DNA of 63,067 nt, the filler included, from Octopus bimaculoides (Eukaryota), in the NCBI RefSeq assembly GCF_001194135.2. It is 9 parts of 9 records of this genome, joined end to end, with 100 filler letters (N's around TTAATTAATTAA, not from the genome) between each part and the next. Parts side by side here need not be neighbours in the genome. Positions count along the whole stretch, not along the records: positions 61,884 to 63,067 come from NW_026373891.1; 8 more parts are not named here. The stretch is one strand, 5' to 3'. The first letter of the stretch is position 1. The number at the start of each line of letters is the position of its first letter. A model generated the notes under the pieces. That model did not search any database and was not told the DNA's origin. It saw nothing but the letters and a program-made list of their open reading frames with translations. Made by a program: the position numbers and the translations under genes. This document shows, in pieces, positions 61,784 through 63,067 of the stretch.

Positions 61784-61883
61784 NNNNNNNNNNNNNNNNN
61801 NNNNNNNNNNNNNNNNNNNNNNNNNNNTTAATTAATTAANNNNNNNNNNNNNNNNNNNNNNNNNNNNNNNNNNNNNNNNNNNN
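61784..61883. other. Artificial scaffold spacer
   Basis: N44-TTAATTAATTAA(61828-61839)-N44. Confidence 0.97.
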
Positions 61884-62550
61884 GAAGGAGAGAATAAGTT
61901 CTGTTTGTATTAACTATGACTTTCTCTGGTAAAATGGTGAAGGTGTTTAGTTTTCTGAGTAATAATTATGCAGTATTGTTTAGTTTCCTGTCTAATCATT
62001 CTATAATATTGCATCATGTTAGAGTATCAGAGAAAGTTCCATGATAAATGACACATCTCATAGGTCAGGTGATGTATAGGGAGTATGACTTACTGAGCAA
62101 CTAGGAAGCTAATTGGTTCAGAATAAAGTTCTAAAAGTTACAATGTAACATGACTCTTTAGAAGATTCTAGATGAATGCACAAGTATATAAGAAAAGCTA
62201 GTCTCCATGTGTAGGGGAGTGGTAAACAGAAGTCAGTCAGTCTGAAACTAATTAACAAAGAACTACATTCCACAAGATGTGTGTTTTGAAGACACCCAGC
62301 AGTGCATGACTTCTCTGGGTAAGCTGGCTTGCTGGGCTGATCTGCAGTTTCCCTACTGCTACCATTTGCTGTTGGAGCCATGTTGGTACAGAAGGGAGGC
62401 CACATTTTGTAACAATAACTAGTTTTATATGTTTAATCAGAACAGATGCCATACTCATATTTCAAAATTCAAATATGTTGACATAGCTGGATGCAATGTA
62501 ATGCAAATATTATGAGCATTTAAATTGTGTCAAACTTAATGAATATAAGT

Positions 62551-62700
62551 GCAGATGTGGCTGTGTAGTAAGAAGTTTGCTTCCCAACTACATGGTTCTG
62601 GGTTCAGTCCCACTTCATGGCACCTTGAGCAGGTGTCCTCTCCTATAGCCTCAGGCAGACAAAAGCCTTGTGAGTGGATTTGGTACACAGAAACTGAAAC
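62551..62700 (+). mobile_element. SINE family B head
   Basis: gcagatgtggctgtgtagtaagaag...ggttcagtcccac...caccttgagcaggtgtcctc...gaaactgaa. Confidence 0.85.
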
Positions 62701-63067
62701 TGAGGGGGAGAGATGGGTGGTAGGAGGGAGGGTGGGGGAGAGAGACAGGATGAGGGGGTTAGATGAAGAGGGGAGGGGAGTTGATATATATATATAAATT
62801 TAGATTCAAGGTGAATATGGTACTTAAGTTTAGGCACCAGAATTAAGTATGGTATTATCCATAGAATTTCAAAATAAGGTGATTAAAATCAAAATATGCA
62901 ACAAGGATATCCAAAGTTAATGCAGTATGATCGTTTCATACAACTCCATTTATTTAAACAATGTGAACATTCCATCAAATGTAAAATGCAGAGCAATCCT
63001 CAGCTACGCAAAGATAAAGAAATTTACTGAAATTTCATTTCAACAGAAGGACATATTTTTGTAACTA

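Noticed and set aside
62260-62318. Small plus-strand exon ending at a GG|gtaagc donor (…DVCFEDTQQCMTSL)
   Set aside because: Acceptor is ambiguous and the peptide too short to support

Overview
AT-rich, microsatellite-dense, gap-riddled animal DNA. The SINE families resemble octopod ones as I recall them, so Octopus is an inference. The window is not one contig: eight identical 100-bp spacers (N44-TTAATTAATTAA-N44) split it into nine segments (1-9405, 9506-22629, 22730-37237, 37338-44588, 44689-51553, 51654-57298, 57399-59471, 59572-61783, 61884-63067), so cross-segment synteny is unproven. Host genes: two clear GET4 exons (10182-10260, 20170-20251, +) around a 9.9-kb TE-filled intron, one intact tRNA-Lys(CTT) (52218-52290, +), and several unidentified candidate exons. 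The rest is mobile-element debris: Penelope-like elements (PLEs), RTE, R4/Dong, a CR1/Jockey-group LINE, maT DD37D, Tc1, mariner DD34D, MULE, Helitron, hAT and piggyBac-like MITEs, and at least three SINE families. Best leads: a type I hammerhead-ribozyme-like fold 3' of a PLE (41464-41533, -), a hairpin-ended repeat family with a compensatory base-pair change, a hAT nested in a hAT MITE, a 36-bp perfect foldback, and CpG-decay domains that switch at the linkers. I found no convincing wholly new multi-gene system. Most ORFs in the supplied track are artefacts of microsatellites or N runs.
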